Origin: Mobula hypostoma
Lineage: Eukaryota
Reading direction: 5' to 3'
DNA: 64,000 nucleotides
Assembly: GCF_963921235.1 (NCBI RefSeq)
Contig: NC_086109.1
Span: forward strand, 16,184,001-16,248,000
Position numbers and translations under genes: made by a program. Under the pieces are notes generated by a model. It made no database searches. It saw only the letters and a list, made by a program, of their open reading frames with translations, and was not told the origin of the DNA. Shown here one piece after another: positions 37,661 to 51,357 of this stretch. How positions within the stretch are numbered: position 1 is the stretch's first letter; each line of letters opens with the position of its first letter.

Positions 37661-38920
37661 CAACCTCTCCACTAACTCTTCTGGCACCCTGTTTCCCATT
37701 CCCCTGCAACTCTAGTTTAAACCCCACTGAGCAGCATTAACAAGTCTTCCTGCTAGGATATTGGTCCCCCTCCAGTTCAGGTGCAAACCCTCCCTTCTGT
37801 ACAGGTCCCACCTTCCCTGAAAGAAAGACCAATAATCCAAAAATCTTATGCCCTCCCTCCTACACCAATTCCTTACCCAGGTACAAAGCTGTATAATCTT
37901 CCTAGTTCTAGCTTCACTAGCACGTGGCATGGTAGCAATCCTGAGATCACAACCCTGGAGGTTCTGCCCTTTAACTTAGTACTTAACTCCATGAACTCCC
38001 TATGCAGAATCTTGTCACTCATCCTACCCATGTCATTGTTACATCAGCCACAACTTCTGGCTCTTCACCTTCTTACTTAAGAATGCTCAGGACTCAATCT
38101 GAGATATCCTTGACCCTGGCAAGCAGGAGGCAACATACCATCCAGGAATCTCGTTCTCTCCCACAGAATCTCCTGTCTGTTCCTCTAACTAATGAATCCC
38201 CTTTCACCACAGCGTCCCACTTCTTCTTCTTCCTTTCTGAGTCACCGAGGCAGATTCAGTGCCAGAGACCGGACTACTGTGACTTTCCTCTGTAAGTTGT
38301 CCCCCTCGACAGTATCCAAAGTGTTGTTGAGAGGGATGGCCACAGGGGTACTCTGCACTGACTCTTAACTCCTTTCCCCTTCCTGACTGTCACCCAGTTT
38401 CCTGTGTCTTGCAGCTTGGGTGTAACAACTTCTCTATGTGTCCTATCTATCACCCCTTCAGCCTCCCGAATGATCCAGAGTTCATCCAGTTCCAGCTCCA
38501 ACTCTTTAACGTGGTTTGTTAGAAGCTGAAGCTGGATGCGCTTCTCACAGTTGTAGTGGTTGGGGACACTGGAGGTCTCCTTGACCTCCCACACCCCACA
38601 AGAGGAGCATTGCAATATCCTACCTGACATCTCTACTTTCCTAGCTGAACAGATATAAAGAAGAGATGGAAAACAAGCTGAGCTTTTCTTTTCTCAGCTT
38701 TCTCTGAGTGAAGCCTCTCTTCACTGAAGCCTCGAAGAGCTAAAGTCTTAAGATCACCCCTCTATTTCCACTCCAAAGACAGCCACTATGCTTGCCCCTG
38801 CCTTCCTTTAATTTGCTCTTATGAATCAACTCCAAACGACAATTGGCCACTAGTCAAAGCTCTATTATGCTGCCACAAACTGCTCCTGCCTTTTATCTTT
38901 GGGCAGTGGACCTGTTTGAA
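37661..38920 (-). mobile_element. Second CR1 5' UTR + ORF1 (Cys-rich/coiled-coil + SGNH esterase-like) nested in the first
   Basis: CSSCGVWEV..NYNCEK..LQLL..VKELELEL and WCRREGIRFLDYW..WDLYRREGLHLN motifs. Confidence 0.75.
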
Positions 38921-40014
38921 ATCCCCTATTCTCCAAACTTCCAATGTCGGATTGGCTGCTGGTCAAAGCCATATGTCATCGAGCTGCAATTCCAGTTCCT
39001 TAACACATACTCTAAGGAGCTGCACCTCAATGCATCTTGTGCAGATGTAGTTATCAGGGAAATTGGAGGTCTCCCAGAGTTCCAACATCTCACATAAAAA
39101 AACATACAGTACCACCAACTCTGGACACATTCCCAGCGCACTAGCCATGAACTAATAGATGAAGAAAGAGAAAAAAAGCTTACTGGGAACTTATTTGGAA
39201 CCTTTGCCTGTACTTGTTCAAGCCTATTCTTGCTGAAGCCTGTTGAGCCAAAGGCCCCCACTGTAACACTGACACAGAAATGGCTACTCCACTTACACAT
39301 CCCTTCTTTTTATTGGCTCAAAGAAAACTCACTTCAACAAGACTTATTTATTCTCAAATGGCTCCCGCCTTACAATGATGTCTCTATCTCAGTCTCAACT
39401 TTAAAATTATGATTCACTTCTGATGAGACTTATTTATAATTAAGTGGAATCCTAATCTGAGAGCAAGTTGAATCCTAATTTGCAGCAATATAAAACCTCG
39501 AATGGGATACATTCAAAGTATTTTGTGCATTTCTGATCACCTCATTGTAGGAAGGACACAGAGGCTTTAGAGAGGAAGCAGAATTGGTTCAGCAGAATGT
39601 TACCTATTTTAGAGAGCATTATGGATTTGAAGAGGTTGGGCAAACTTGGAATGTTTGCCTGGAGTCTGAGGAGCAATATCATTGAGGTACATAAAATTAT
39701 TAGAGGCATAGATAAGGGAGATCGCAGAGTCTTTTTCCTTGGATGGGAATGTCAAATACAAGAGAACATAGGTAAGAAATGGGGGGAGGAGATTAAAGAA
39801 AAATTGCATGGCAAGATTTTACAGAGATTGGTAGGTACCCAGAATAGAATGCCAGGAGAAGTGGTAGAAGGAGATTATTGTATGATAAGATGGAAACTTA
39901 GTCACGCAACCTACCTCATTATGATCATGCACTTTATAATTTTCCTGCACTTTTTCAGTAGCTTTTATACTCTATTCTGCATGGTTGTTATATTACCATA
40001 TTCTACCTCAATGC

Positions 40015-40395
40015 TTGGCTGGTGGGGTGGAGATATATCTCTATCAAAGGAGGTGCAAGTCGCTTCTTCTTTCCACTAGCCTGCACAGGTCACTCTTGGG
40101 CAAGGCGTAGCGGCTGCTTAGCCCCTCAATCACGGTCACGTGAAGCCATGGGAGCCAGTGGTGGATGGTCGTATGAGCAGCTGGCGCATATCACAAGTCC
40201 TGGTTATCCGACCACTGACGCCAGGCAGACAATCTTTGAAGAGTATTGATAATGGCTGGGGTCGCCCATCATGTAAAGACACTGCCCAGAAGCAGGCAAT
40301 GGCAAACCACTTCTCTAGAAAAATTTGGTGAGAGCAATCATGGTCATGGACCATGATGTCCCACGTCATATGGCATGGCACATAATGACGCTGAG
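40015..40395 (+). mobile_element. Full-length short RTE/BovB-tailed non-autonomous element
   Basis: 8-bp TSD ctcaatgc at 40007-14 and 40396-403. Tail aggcaatggcaaaccacttc resembles BovB-type ends. Four copies occur in the window. Confidence 0.8.
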
Positions 40396-41989
40396 CTCAA
40401 TGCACTGTGTAATGATTTGATCTGAATAGCAGGACGCAAGACAAGCTTTTCACTGTAATATGGTACATGTGACAATAATAAACCAATATTAATATATAGA
40501 ATCCGTTAAGAAGCATTTAGACAGATACATGAACAGACAGAGAATAGAAGGATATGGATATTTTACAGGCAGAGGAGACTATTTTAGATTGGTGTTGTGG
40601 TCAGCAATAGAACCATGGGCTCATGGGCCAGTTCCTGTGATGCACGGTCCATGTTTATGAGCCAGTATTAGGAAAATTCAAAAAGGGGCAGCTATCTTGA
40701 GGGAACGATAGGTTTTAACAATAGGCAGCAAGCCCTTTGTGGCACATCAATTAAGGCTTTGTGAAATCATTACAGTGGCAACAAGGGCTGCCTTTCTGTG
40801 GGGATCGTTATATATTATAAACATTAGCACATCACAGCTTCACAGTGTTGAGGTTAATTAACCAGTTTAATTATCTCTTCACCCAAACACTGTGTGGGGT
40901 CAAGGCACAGATTTACCCTTGCGGTCATTTAAATTTGGTCGCATTAACCTTGCTTTAGTGTCAGTCGCTCCCGGTAAGGATGAAATGCTTTGTTAATGAG
41001 GACAATTCATCAATGAGCTTTTCATCAGAACTTGCCACCACTTTTGATGTAGGCATCACTGGCAAAGCTGGTGCTAAATGTCCATCATACATACCCCAAA
41101 CTACATGTACCCCTTCAATTTAAGAATCAGATTCTTTGATGGGTCACATCAAAAGCAGGTTAGAGTAGGTAAGTGTAGTGGATTTCCTCACACCCCCCCC
41201 CCACCAAGGACACTAGTGAGTCAAATGGATCTAATAATCTGATAATTTCATTGTTTTCATTACTAATACCAACAATTTAGTTACTCTGCTGGAATTCAAA
41301 TTCTAGTCTTCAGATCAATAGGTCTCAGGCGTTAGTCCAGTAATTAAAAAAAATATGTTTGTGTATCATGTTTGAATGCCATCTATCAGACAGTACGTCA
41401 GAGCAAGGAAATGGCTGCATCACTAACTCTGTTGCATGTAAGACTGCGGTATGAATTAAAGAAGAATTCCACTGGTTTTCTCAAGGGTGGGACTGAATAA
41501 TTCCCAAAGAAGGTATCAATGCAAATCACTTCATGATACTAATGCATTGATCAGTGGTCTAAAAGGAAATACAAAGTGAGATGGCCCTCTTAAGTCTGCA
41601 TACATGTCCCAAGATGTCAGATAGCTGAATCTGGGCAAATGATAATAATGCATCTCCAGCTCAGTAAGTCTACAGCAGTCAATGGGCCTTGTTGCACGTA
41701 GTGTTTAAATGGCCGCTTGGCACAAAGAAAGGGTTTAATCAAAAGACAAATTATACATCTGCCCAAAGGTTTATAATTAGTTCACTAATTATAATGTTTT
41801 TAGCTAGCTACAGCCATTGAGATATACACTGTCATTGTCTAGCTTCATAAAATGAGTTTTTCTGCTCTGCAAATTCCATGGTAGCCTTGCAATTTATTTC
41901 TACATTCTTTTCAATGTCCTCTCAACAGCCTTTCACTTCAGGTGCAGAGATAATGGAAACAGACTTGCATTAATCAGAGCTAATTAGTC

Positions 41990-41993
<4 letters not shown>

Positions 41994-42033
<40 letters not shown>

Positions 42034-42043
42034 CCCCCCCCCC
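41994..42043. repeat. (CT)n microsatellite followed by poly-C
   Basis: Directly visible. Confidence 0.95.
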
Positions 42044-43262
42044 TCACACTCTCCCTCTTTCTTCTGTTTTCTCTCTGTCTTCTTGTTATGGTCTGTAACT
42101 CTAAACATAAAACTAATTGCAAGAAAAACACAGAATCTGGGGATAACTCGTGAACATTTAGTTTTACTTCAGCGAAATGCGTGCATATGATGTGGTGGCG
42201 TAATGACAAATGCTATTCACGGTCTTTTACATAAAACCCACAATGAATTATGTAAGCAACAAAGAGTGCTTACTCAAACAACATATTTACAATATTACTT
42301 AAATATTACTGAAATACTAAATACAAATCATCTCTCCTCTTATCTCTCTTGCCTAGAAATTACATGGCACAGCATCAAGTTTTTGTATGTTACATGATTC
42401 AATTTGTGTAAAAAATGTGAAAAAAATCAGGGGTTTACAGCCAGGTTCATGGAAACAGTGATTTGTATTCCTGGTTTGTATTTACACCCAACATGTGGTA
42501 TACAGAGGCAACATAGACATGATGCATTTCTGGAAAATATTTTATTAAGTGATCAGAACTATTCTACATTCTGAGTTGTCAGGATACATTCAGTCTAATA
42601 ACATCAGGTTTTAAAAAGCAGGTAATATTTTAAGTTAAAGAACAGCATGTGAGGAAACTGCAATAAGATTTGGCCTCTGTGAAGAAAAGGTTGTGCTTTA
42701 TCTTCCCACGAATTACAGTATAATGAAGGGTTAAAGCTGTCTAAGGTATGTCATATTAGAGCATGACATTTTGTAGTATTTTAAATAATTTCATTTAAAA
42801 TTTTCTTTTGTGTTATTTGCAGTGTTTGGATTATTTTATTTATTGAAGTTGGTCTGTTTTAATGGATACTTTTAATGAATTCTGTATTGTTTCTGTAGAA
42901 TTTTCCCCTTCCATACGGCATTAATTTAAGCCCAAAGGATAGGTGCAAGAGAGATTACCTATACCAACTGAGCTAAAAGAATTTCAACCTTCTCCATCCT
43001 TTTTGAAATCCTATAGGGGCAAAATTCCAGAAAGGGGAGAGAATAACTTTACTACAGTTGGTAGTTTTTCAGCTTCTGTCCAAAGCTAGTGGATTTAACT
43101 CTCCTTGAAGAGATCTGAGTGGGAAATTTCAGATAAAGCATAATTACTGCACTAAGTGAAAGTACAGAAGCCTTAGGGTCCACACTACCTGGTTCAGAAA
43201 CACTTCAACCATCTGACTCCTGAACAGGTGAGGATAACTTCGCTCACCTTAACCCTGAACTG

Positions 43263-43990
43263 AATCAGAATCAGATTTAATATCACTGGCAAATGTCAGG
43301 AAATTTTGTTGTTCTCAGCGGCAGTACATTGCAATACATATTAATAAAAACTATAAATTACAGTGAGAACTATATGTAAAAAGAGAAGATTAAATTAAAT
43401 AAATCATGCAAAAAGAAAGGGAAAATAGTGAGGTAGTGTTTATGGGTTCATTGTCCATTCAACAATCTGATGGCAACGGGGAAGAAGATGTTTCTGAAAT
43501 GTTGAGTGTGTGTCTAGAGGATCCTGTAGCATTGAGAAGAGGGCACGTTCTGGGTGATGGGGGTCCTTAATGATTGATGCCGCCTTTTTGAGGCATTGCC
43601 TTTTGAAGGTGTCCCGGATGCAGGAGAGGATTGTACCAATGACGGAGCTGATTGAGTTTACAACTTTCTGAAGTTTTTCTGATCCTGTGCTGTGACCCTT
43701 CCATACCAGACAGTGATGCAGCCAGTTAGAGAGTTCTTCATGGTACATCTGTAGAGATTTATGAGTGTCTTTGGTGACATACCAATTCTCTTCAAACTCC
43801 TAATGAAATACAGCTGCTGTTGTGCCTTCTTTGCAATTGCATCAATATGTTGGGCCCAAGATAGATCCTCAGAGCTGTCGACACCCAGAAACTTGAAACT
43901 GCTCTCTTTTTCCACTGCTGATCCCTCGATGAGGACTGGTGTGTGTTCACTCAGCTTCCCCTTCCTGAAGTCTACAATCAGTTCCTTGGT
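43263..43990 (-). mobile_element. Rex/Babar-like 3' fragment
   Basis: KELIVDFRK, FKFLGV, KKAQQQLYFIR and KKAASIIKDPHHP motifs; (gattct)n tail. Confidence 0.88.
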
Positions 43991-46829
43991 CTGATTCCAC
44001 AACGTATAGACTCACTTTCAAGAACTCTTTTACAACATGTTCTGAGTATTAATTTTATTTTCAATTTGTCTTCTTTTGCACATTAGCTGTTTATGAATCT
44101 TTGTCTGTTTATGTGTAGTTTTTTCATAAAAGTCTATTGTATTTCTTTTATCCTGTAAATGCCTGGAAGAAAATTAATTTCATGGTAACATATAGATACT
44201 TCGATTACAAATTTACTTTGAACTTTCAGTGCTAACTTGTCAAGGAACCTTCATTTGAATGAGGCAACCTCTCCATGCTTTAATAGGATGTAAAAATCTC
44301 ATAGTTATGTGTTCAAAGGACAGCAGAGGGGTTGTACTCATCCTGGCCAATATTTATCACTCAGTCACCATTTCCATGACTGTTCTTTGTTACCATATTG
44401 TTAATAAAAAGTGCTGCACGCAAATTGCCTGTTATGTTTCCACAGTATAAAGTGGCTGCACTGTATTGATTCTGAAATATTTTAGGAGATTCAGAGATTG
44501 TGAAAGCAATTCTTTTTGATGTGTTACCTGAACAGTCCAGCACTTATTCCAAGCAATTGAACTAATCAGCTAAGAGACAATCTACTTCTCTTTAACTATC
44601 TCCTTGAAGATGCAGCTGGAGAAATGATCTTGGTGTTAACATGGACAAAAAAGATGGCGAAGCACAGACAATGTAGACTTCCAGCACCTGGAAGTCCCCC
44701 AGAATAATTCTCTAGTTTCATGTTTTGAGATGCTGGGTTTTAACCTATTATTTGGTCAGGAATGCCTTAGTTATGTAGAGAGCAAAGCCAGAAATAGGAA
44801 GAAACGAATGGATTATTTTGTATATTATTACATCACTTGCAAATATTACAAAACGTATTGGATAAAACAAGTAACTTCTTATTGAAAACATAGTATTAAT
44901 ATGGTGGTATCAAACCATTTGAACTGTTTTACATTCAATAAGATAACTATGTAGTATCATCGATGCAATACAAGAAACAACATTTATATTCAGTGACTGT
45001 TACTGAACCCTGTGATGGTTTAATTTGGAAAGAGAACTTTGTAGAATGAAATATTTATAAATATTATTCTCCACACAGAATTGCAGGCCAATCAATGCCA
45101 TTTGGCCCATCTGGTCAATGTTAGTATTCCAACTTTGTGTCAGTCTCCTTGCATTAGCTGCCTAGTCCAGTCCCACACTCTAGTCATAAAATGCCACATA
45201 GTGAACATACAACCACCACCCTTCAATCTTTTTAAAGATAAAAAGACAAAAATTAGACATATTTGTCACATATGCATTGAAACACAGGAAGGAGCATCAT
45301 TTCCATCAAATCACACCAGCAAGGATTGTGCTAGGCAGACACAAGTGTTGCCATACTTCCAGCATCAACATTACACACTCACAACTCATTAACCCCCATC
45401 TGAACGTCTTTGGAATTTGGGAGGAAATAGGAGCACCTGGAGGAAACCCATATGGTCAACAGGAGAATGCACAAACTCCTTACAGGCAGTGGCAGGCATT
45501 GAACCAGATCTTAAGTAACATTGCACTCACTGCTACATTATGGTTCCACACTGTGCTTTCCTCTTTCTCAAGAAATTGCCTCATCAACAGACTGTGGGAT
45601 AACTTTACAGGAACAGATTGTGCTGAGGGTTGGCCATCTTACAAACCCACTCCACAAATATAATGTTATCTCCAATTCTCCCTTTAATTCCATTTTTTTT
45701 GTAATTATTTCCTCTCGCTATGATGCTGTTGACAATAGCAGTTTACCTAATTTTAACCCTACAAAATCTTAAATGTCATATGTCCAAAAGACAAACTTGA
45801 TTTGTGAATGCAAAGAACATGTAAAAAGGAGCTTCAAGGATAAACTTTTTAAGAGATTGACAAATGTCGCTTGCTAATGGGTATGTCTGCACTTCGTTTC
45901 CATGACGACACAAATACCTAATGTGCTTTTTATTGCTGCTGAAGTGCTCAAGTTCTGTCCAATGTTTGAAGAATTCCTGTTTGAGGGAAATGCAATAAAA
46001 AAGAGCAGGGACATTGTGACGGCTTTCTTGGAGGTTCAGGAATTGAGGAGGGCATCTGTGAACACTCCTTGATTTGGTCTCAGTAACTCCATAAAACTGA
46101 AAATGTTGGGCCAGGTTGAAATCCTTCACCTCAGACCTGCAAGATCTCAGTGATGGGTCAATCTGATGGGTAGAGTTCCCAGGTTTTGACAAAGAAAGAT
46201 CCAGGAATCCTGTTCATTGTATTGAAGGCTTCAAAAAGAACGCTTATTATTTTGGAGAAAGGTTTCCCCAAAGTCATAAACAAAAATGTAACCAGGAAAT
46301 TTCAGGGCAGAGCCACAGAGTAAAAGTTAGAAACCCTGGCTATTTGAAGAGTTTTTCAGGAATAGAAAGGAATATCAAGTGTTACCTGTTCACTCAACAG
46401 GAACTAGGTTTGTGAAATGATTTATTAGAATTGACAAGACCTTATTTAGTACATGGAAGGAGATAAGGTAAGCAGGGGGAAAGCAGTGAAACATGTTAAG
46501 TGCAAGGTTGTAGAAATTGCAACAAACTTAACAGCAGGGCTGTTCTTTTAGTCAACTTCCTACCTGGGCATAAACGAAGCATATATGACTGAGATAGAGA
46601 CTTGATTGTAAGGCAGGAGCCATTTGAAAATAACAAGAAAATACACAAACAAGCATCTTAGCAACGGTTCTCTGAGATGCAAAACAAGACTCTTAGGGAC
46701 AAGAGTTGGTCAGAGACTATCAAGAGGGTAGAAGTAAAGATAGACAAGCAGAAACAACAAACAAACTGTTGGAGAAACTTAGTGGGTCATTTGTAGAGGC
46801 AAGGACAGTCAATATTTCAACTTGAGACC

Positions 46830-47910
46830 TCAACAGCATTCAATACTATTATCCCCTCAAAACTAATCAATAAGCTTCAAGTCCTAGGCATCAATACACC
46901 TGCTCTACTCACTTTATACTTCTGTCAGTGTGGCTAAGCACATCTCCAATGCCATTTTTAAATTTGCTGACAACACCACTGCTTTAGGCTAAACCAAAGG
47001 TGGTGGCAAATCAGCATATAGGAGGAAGATTGAAAATCTGGCTGAGTGGTGCCACAACAATAACCTCTTACTCAATGTCAGCAAGACCAAGAGCTGATCA
47101 TTGAGTTCAGGAGGAGGAAACTATGAGAGGTCCAGGAGCCAGTCTTCATCGGGGGATCAGAGTTGGAGAGGGTCAGCAACTCTAAATTTCTCAGTGTTGT
47201 CATTTCAGATGATCTGTCCTGAGTCCAGTACGTAAGTGCCATAATGAAGAAAGCATTGCAGCATCTCTACTTTCTTACAAGTTTGCAAAGATCCAGCATT
47301 TCATCTAAAATTTTGACAAACTTCTATAGATATGCGGTAGCGAGTATATAGACTGGCCTAGTATGGATTCATCAATGCCCTTGTACAGAAAAGCCTACAA
47401 AACGTAATGGATACAGCCCAGTCCATCACAGGTAAAGTCATCCCAACCATTGAGGACATCCACACAGTGCACTGTTGCAGGAAACATTATCAAGCACCCT
47501 CGCCAACTAGGTCATGCTCTCTTCTCACTGCTGCCATCAGGAAGGTATAGGAGCCTCAGGACCCACACCACCAGGCTCAGAAACAGTTATTACCCCTCAA
47601 CCATCAGGCTCTTGAACTAGAGGAAATAATTTCACTCACCTCATCACTGAACCGGACTCATTCTCAAAGACTCTTCATCTCATGTTTTCAATACTTACCG
47701 CTTACTTATTATTATTATTATTTCTCTATTTTTCTCTTTTGTTTTTTTTTTGCACTGTTTGTTATCTTTTGCACATTAGTCCTTGTCCACACTGTTGGGT
47801 GTAGTCTTTCATTGTACTTAACTGTGATTGCCCTCAAGAAAATGAATCTCAGGATTTTATACTGTGACATATATGTACTTCATAATAAATTTAGTTTGAA
47901 TTTTAAACTT
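46830..47910 (+). mobile_element. Degenerate Rex/Babar-like RT/3' fragment
   Basis: SAFNTI and FKFADNTT-like codons, plus the Rex-like 3' end. Confidence 0.75.
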
Positions 47911-48324
47911 TGAGTGCGTGCTTCAGATTCCAGCCCCTGCACTTGTGTTTCCAGAATAGGCAGGAGGATGAGAACTGTGCTGTCTGAGGGATGGGAGGAG
48001 GCAGCCATTACCTGAGTATAACCATTCCATTCATTTCCACTGGCATGTCACCTGAACCCTGGGGAACTCTTCTGACAGCAATTACTCTTAAAATCAGGAT
48101 CCTAACACTAGCATAGATAGTGGGCATTGTTGGGCCAAAGGGACTGTTTCTGAGCCTTTTGACACTTTCACTATGACTGTTATGCAGTGCTGCAGCCTGA
48201 TGTTAAAATGATATTAATATTCACATCCTTTTAGCAACTCATCAAGCGATACCTCTGAGTACGCTCTTATTCATTAGCTACCTTAGTTCATACCATAAGA
48301 TTTATTTATGAGTGTGTTCATAAG

Positions 48325-48686
48325 CATGGGTTGGACACGCTGGAGGCAGGAAGCATGTTCCCGCTGATGGGTGAGTCCAGAACCAGAGGCCACAGTTTAA
48401 GAATTAGGGGTAGGCTATTTAGAACGGAGTTGAGGAAAAACTTTTTCACCCAGAGAGTGGTGGATATGTGGAATGCTGTGCCCCAGAAGGCTGTGGAGGC
48501 CAAGACTCTGGATGCTTTCAAGAAAGAGATGGATAGAGCTCTTAAAGGTAGTGGAATCAAAGGTTATGGGGATAAGGCAGGAACTGGATACTGATTGTGG
48601 ATGATCAGCTATGATCACTGTGAATGGCGGTGCTGGCTCAAAGGGCCGAATGGCCTACTCCTGCACCTATTGTCTATTGTCTATTG
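48325..48686 (+). mobile_element. Young CR1 3' end
   Basis: SRTRGHSLRIRG..FFTQRVV..WN motifs; (tattgtc)n tail. Confidence 0.9.
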
Positions 48687-51076
48687 TTTTGGATTGGGCA
48701 GTAGAATTTTCATTTCTGCTTGCTTGTATTTTTAAATAGTCACCTTCTGTATAATTGTGTAGTTGTTCAGTGAATTTTTCAGTAGTTACGGTCCAGTTGT
48801 TTCTGTATTTTTATAGAAATTTCTTAGTTTTTTATAGCAGGAGCTACACTACTTGTATCTAGTTATTTTATAGGTTAGTTGTTATCAATGGAGTTTTTGT
48901 TATCTCTGATTTATAAGACAACCACAACTGGTTTTAATTCTGTGTTTGCTTTGTTCTCTCAGCTCTCACGTTCATTTTTCATTCTTGTAATATTTTTTAA
49001 AAAACAGTCATTCAAAAAAGTTTATCCCCCTTTTTGACTTCTGAAGACCCTTCAGATCACAAAAGCATCAGGACACATAATTTAGCTTGCCTTCCAAAAG
49101 TTCAAAGTCTCATTCATTATCAAAGTACGTATACAACACTGAGATTCTTCTTCTCAAGATAGCCACAAAACAAAGACATGGGAGTCAGTTCAGAGAGAAA
49201 CAGAAAACCCACCCCCCCCATGCACAGAAAAAGAACATTAGCCCGCAGGCACTCCCTCTCTCCTCCACACAAAATGCCACAAGAACATCGATCCCCAAAT
49301 TCCCCTCTCCCAGCACAAAAAAAACAAGAAAGAATGGGCTGAAGCACAGAAGATAAAAGCTGTAAGTCTGGAAATAAAGTCCATTTTTTTATAATCTAAA
49401 TCCATGATAATGTCCTCCAACATCTCAAAAGAGAGAGACCCAGAGGCCTGGTGAAATATCAGGACCCAACTGTGCACTTCGGTAAAGATTTTATTGCATT
49501 GTTTTAAAGAAAAGGCTGTTCTCCCCAGGGTTCTGACTAATATTTATCTCAGTGTCCTTTTTTAAATTATCTACTTTTTTAAGGGCACAGAATAGCCTCT
49601 TCCACCCCTTGAAGCCATGCTGCCCAGCAATCCCCCCATTTAATCCTAGCCTAATCATAGGACAATTTATATTAACCATTTACCTACCAGCCACTATGTC
49701 TTTGGTCTGTGGGAGGAAACTGGAGCACCTGGAGAAAACTCATATGTTCACAGGGAGAACGTACAAACTCCTTACAGGCAGCAGTGGGAATTGAACCCTG
49801 GTCACTGGAACTGTAAAGCATTGTGCTAACCACTATGCTACTGAGCTGCCCTGACTCTGTGTAAGAGATTAACTGGTATACTTACATGACATCTGTTAAT
49901 GCACAAATAAAATGCAAGAACATTTCAAAAATACATTTTGCTGGCCATGCAGGCATTGTCTAGCTATTTTTATTATACTCTTCGGGACACTAATGTAAAA
50001 AAATAAGCACGAGTTTGAAGATTTAAAATTTAAAGGTTAGTTTTATTTGTCACATGTATTTCGAAATATGCAGTGAAGTGCATCATTTGTGGCAAATCAA
50101 ATCAGAGACTATTGTGCATAGCAGCCTGCATGTGTCTGGCGCCAACATAGCAAGCCTACAACTTACTCTCATCCATATGTCTTTGGAATGTGGGAGGAAA
50201 ACCAGAGAACCCAGAAGAAACCCATACACCATGATGAGAACATACAAACTCCTTAGTGACGGTGGCGGGAATCGAGCCCCGATCTTACATCTCGCACCGT
50301 AACATCATTGTGCTAATCACCATGCTTCTCTGCCACCCCAAAACTGAAAATCAAATGGCCCCAAAGTTCCCAGAGCATGATTCTGATAATTTGTTTCTGA
50401 GGATGGACAACTCACACACTCATTCATCATAGAATGACAGAACTGTGTTGGGTCTTTTTTCGGGGTCTGTGACAGTTGGAAAAAAATCTGATCAACGATG
50501 ACAAAACAGCTGATTCTAATGGCCACATTAACCCACTTGTTTCTCCCCTATCAGAGATATTCCCTTTGCTCTCCTCATCCTTTCCCCAAATCCTCTGCAA
50601 CTGAAAATCAACGTGCTGGCTTTCTTCCTTAGTTTTAACAAAGGGTCTTTAACCTGAAGTGTTAACTCAGTATCTCTTTCCACAGATACCGCCTGACCTG
50701 CTGATTGTTTTCTTTCTCTTTTGGTTTTATTTCAGACTTTCAGCACCTGCGGTTGTTTTCTCTCTCTCTCAATTTTCTTTAAATGACTTGCAGCATGAGA
50801 AAGAAGATCTATAATGTCAACTTAGTAAGCAGTTTGATAATTTTGTTTAGGCATTCTGCTTCACTGAAATGGTGATTGGCATACCACATTATGAAAATAT
50901 TATCCATTTATCACTGTGAATAACAATTTCTAGCCAAATCTATTTTAAGTCGAGTTAAAATAACAACTAAACTACCAGGCTGGTTGTCATCAACGTGAGT
51001 TTTCATAAATGAAAATCCACCTCTTAAGTTGCATCATTACGCCAAGAGCTGCCACTGAAGGCAGCTCTTCAGAACT

Positions 51077-51357
51077 TTGCCTTCTTCTGGGTAGTGTCTT
51101 TACAAGACGGGTGACCCCTGCCATTATCAATACTCTTCAGAGATTGTCTGCCTGGCATCAGTGGTCACTTAACCAGGACCTGTGATATGCACCAGCTGTT
51201 CATATGGCCGTCCACCACCTGCTCCCATGGCTTCACATGACCCTGACTGAAGGGTTAAGCAGGCGCTACACCTTGCCCAAGGGTGACCTGCAGGCTAGTG
51301 GAGGGAAGGAGAGCCTTACACCTCCTTTGGTAGAGACACACCTCCACCCCGCCATCC
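51077..51357 (-). mobile_element. Copy of the short RTE/BovB-tailed element (3'-truncated)
   Basis: Reverse complement of about 40017-40305. Confidence 0.8.

Larger units (their letters stand above)
31057..39420 (-). mobile_element. Near-full-length but decayed CR1 LINE with nested insertions
   Basis: 3' tail at about 31057, RT pieces (SQGSMLG..YVNDLD, KFVD), KRFFRYIKS, endonuclease region, ORF1 SGNH-like part (37112-37375) and ORF1 Cys-rich N-terminus (38963-39148). Confidence 0.85.

Noticed and set aside
40017..40125. HDV-like ribozyme or Y RNA (GGCUGG...CUAGCC ends)
   Set aside because: No P3/L3 of the right size and no GG after the P1 3' strand. The Y-RNA Ro-binding stem and poly-U terminator are absent.
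42084..42330. Short TG...CA LTR-like segment
   Set aside because: Flanks (cttct / tctct) do not give a clean TSD and lie in CT-rich low-complexity sequence.
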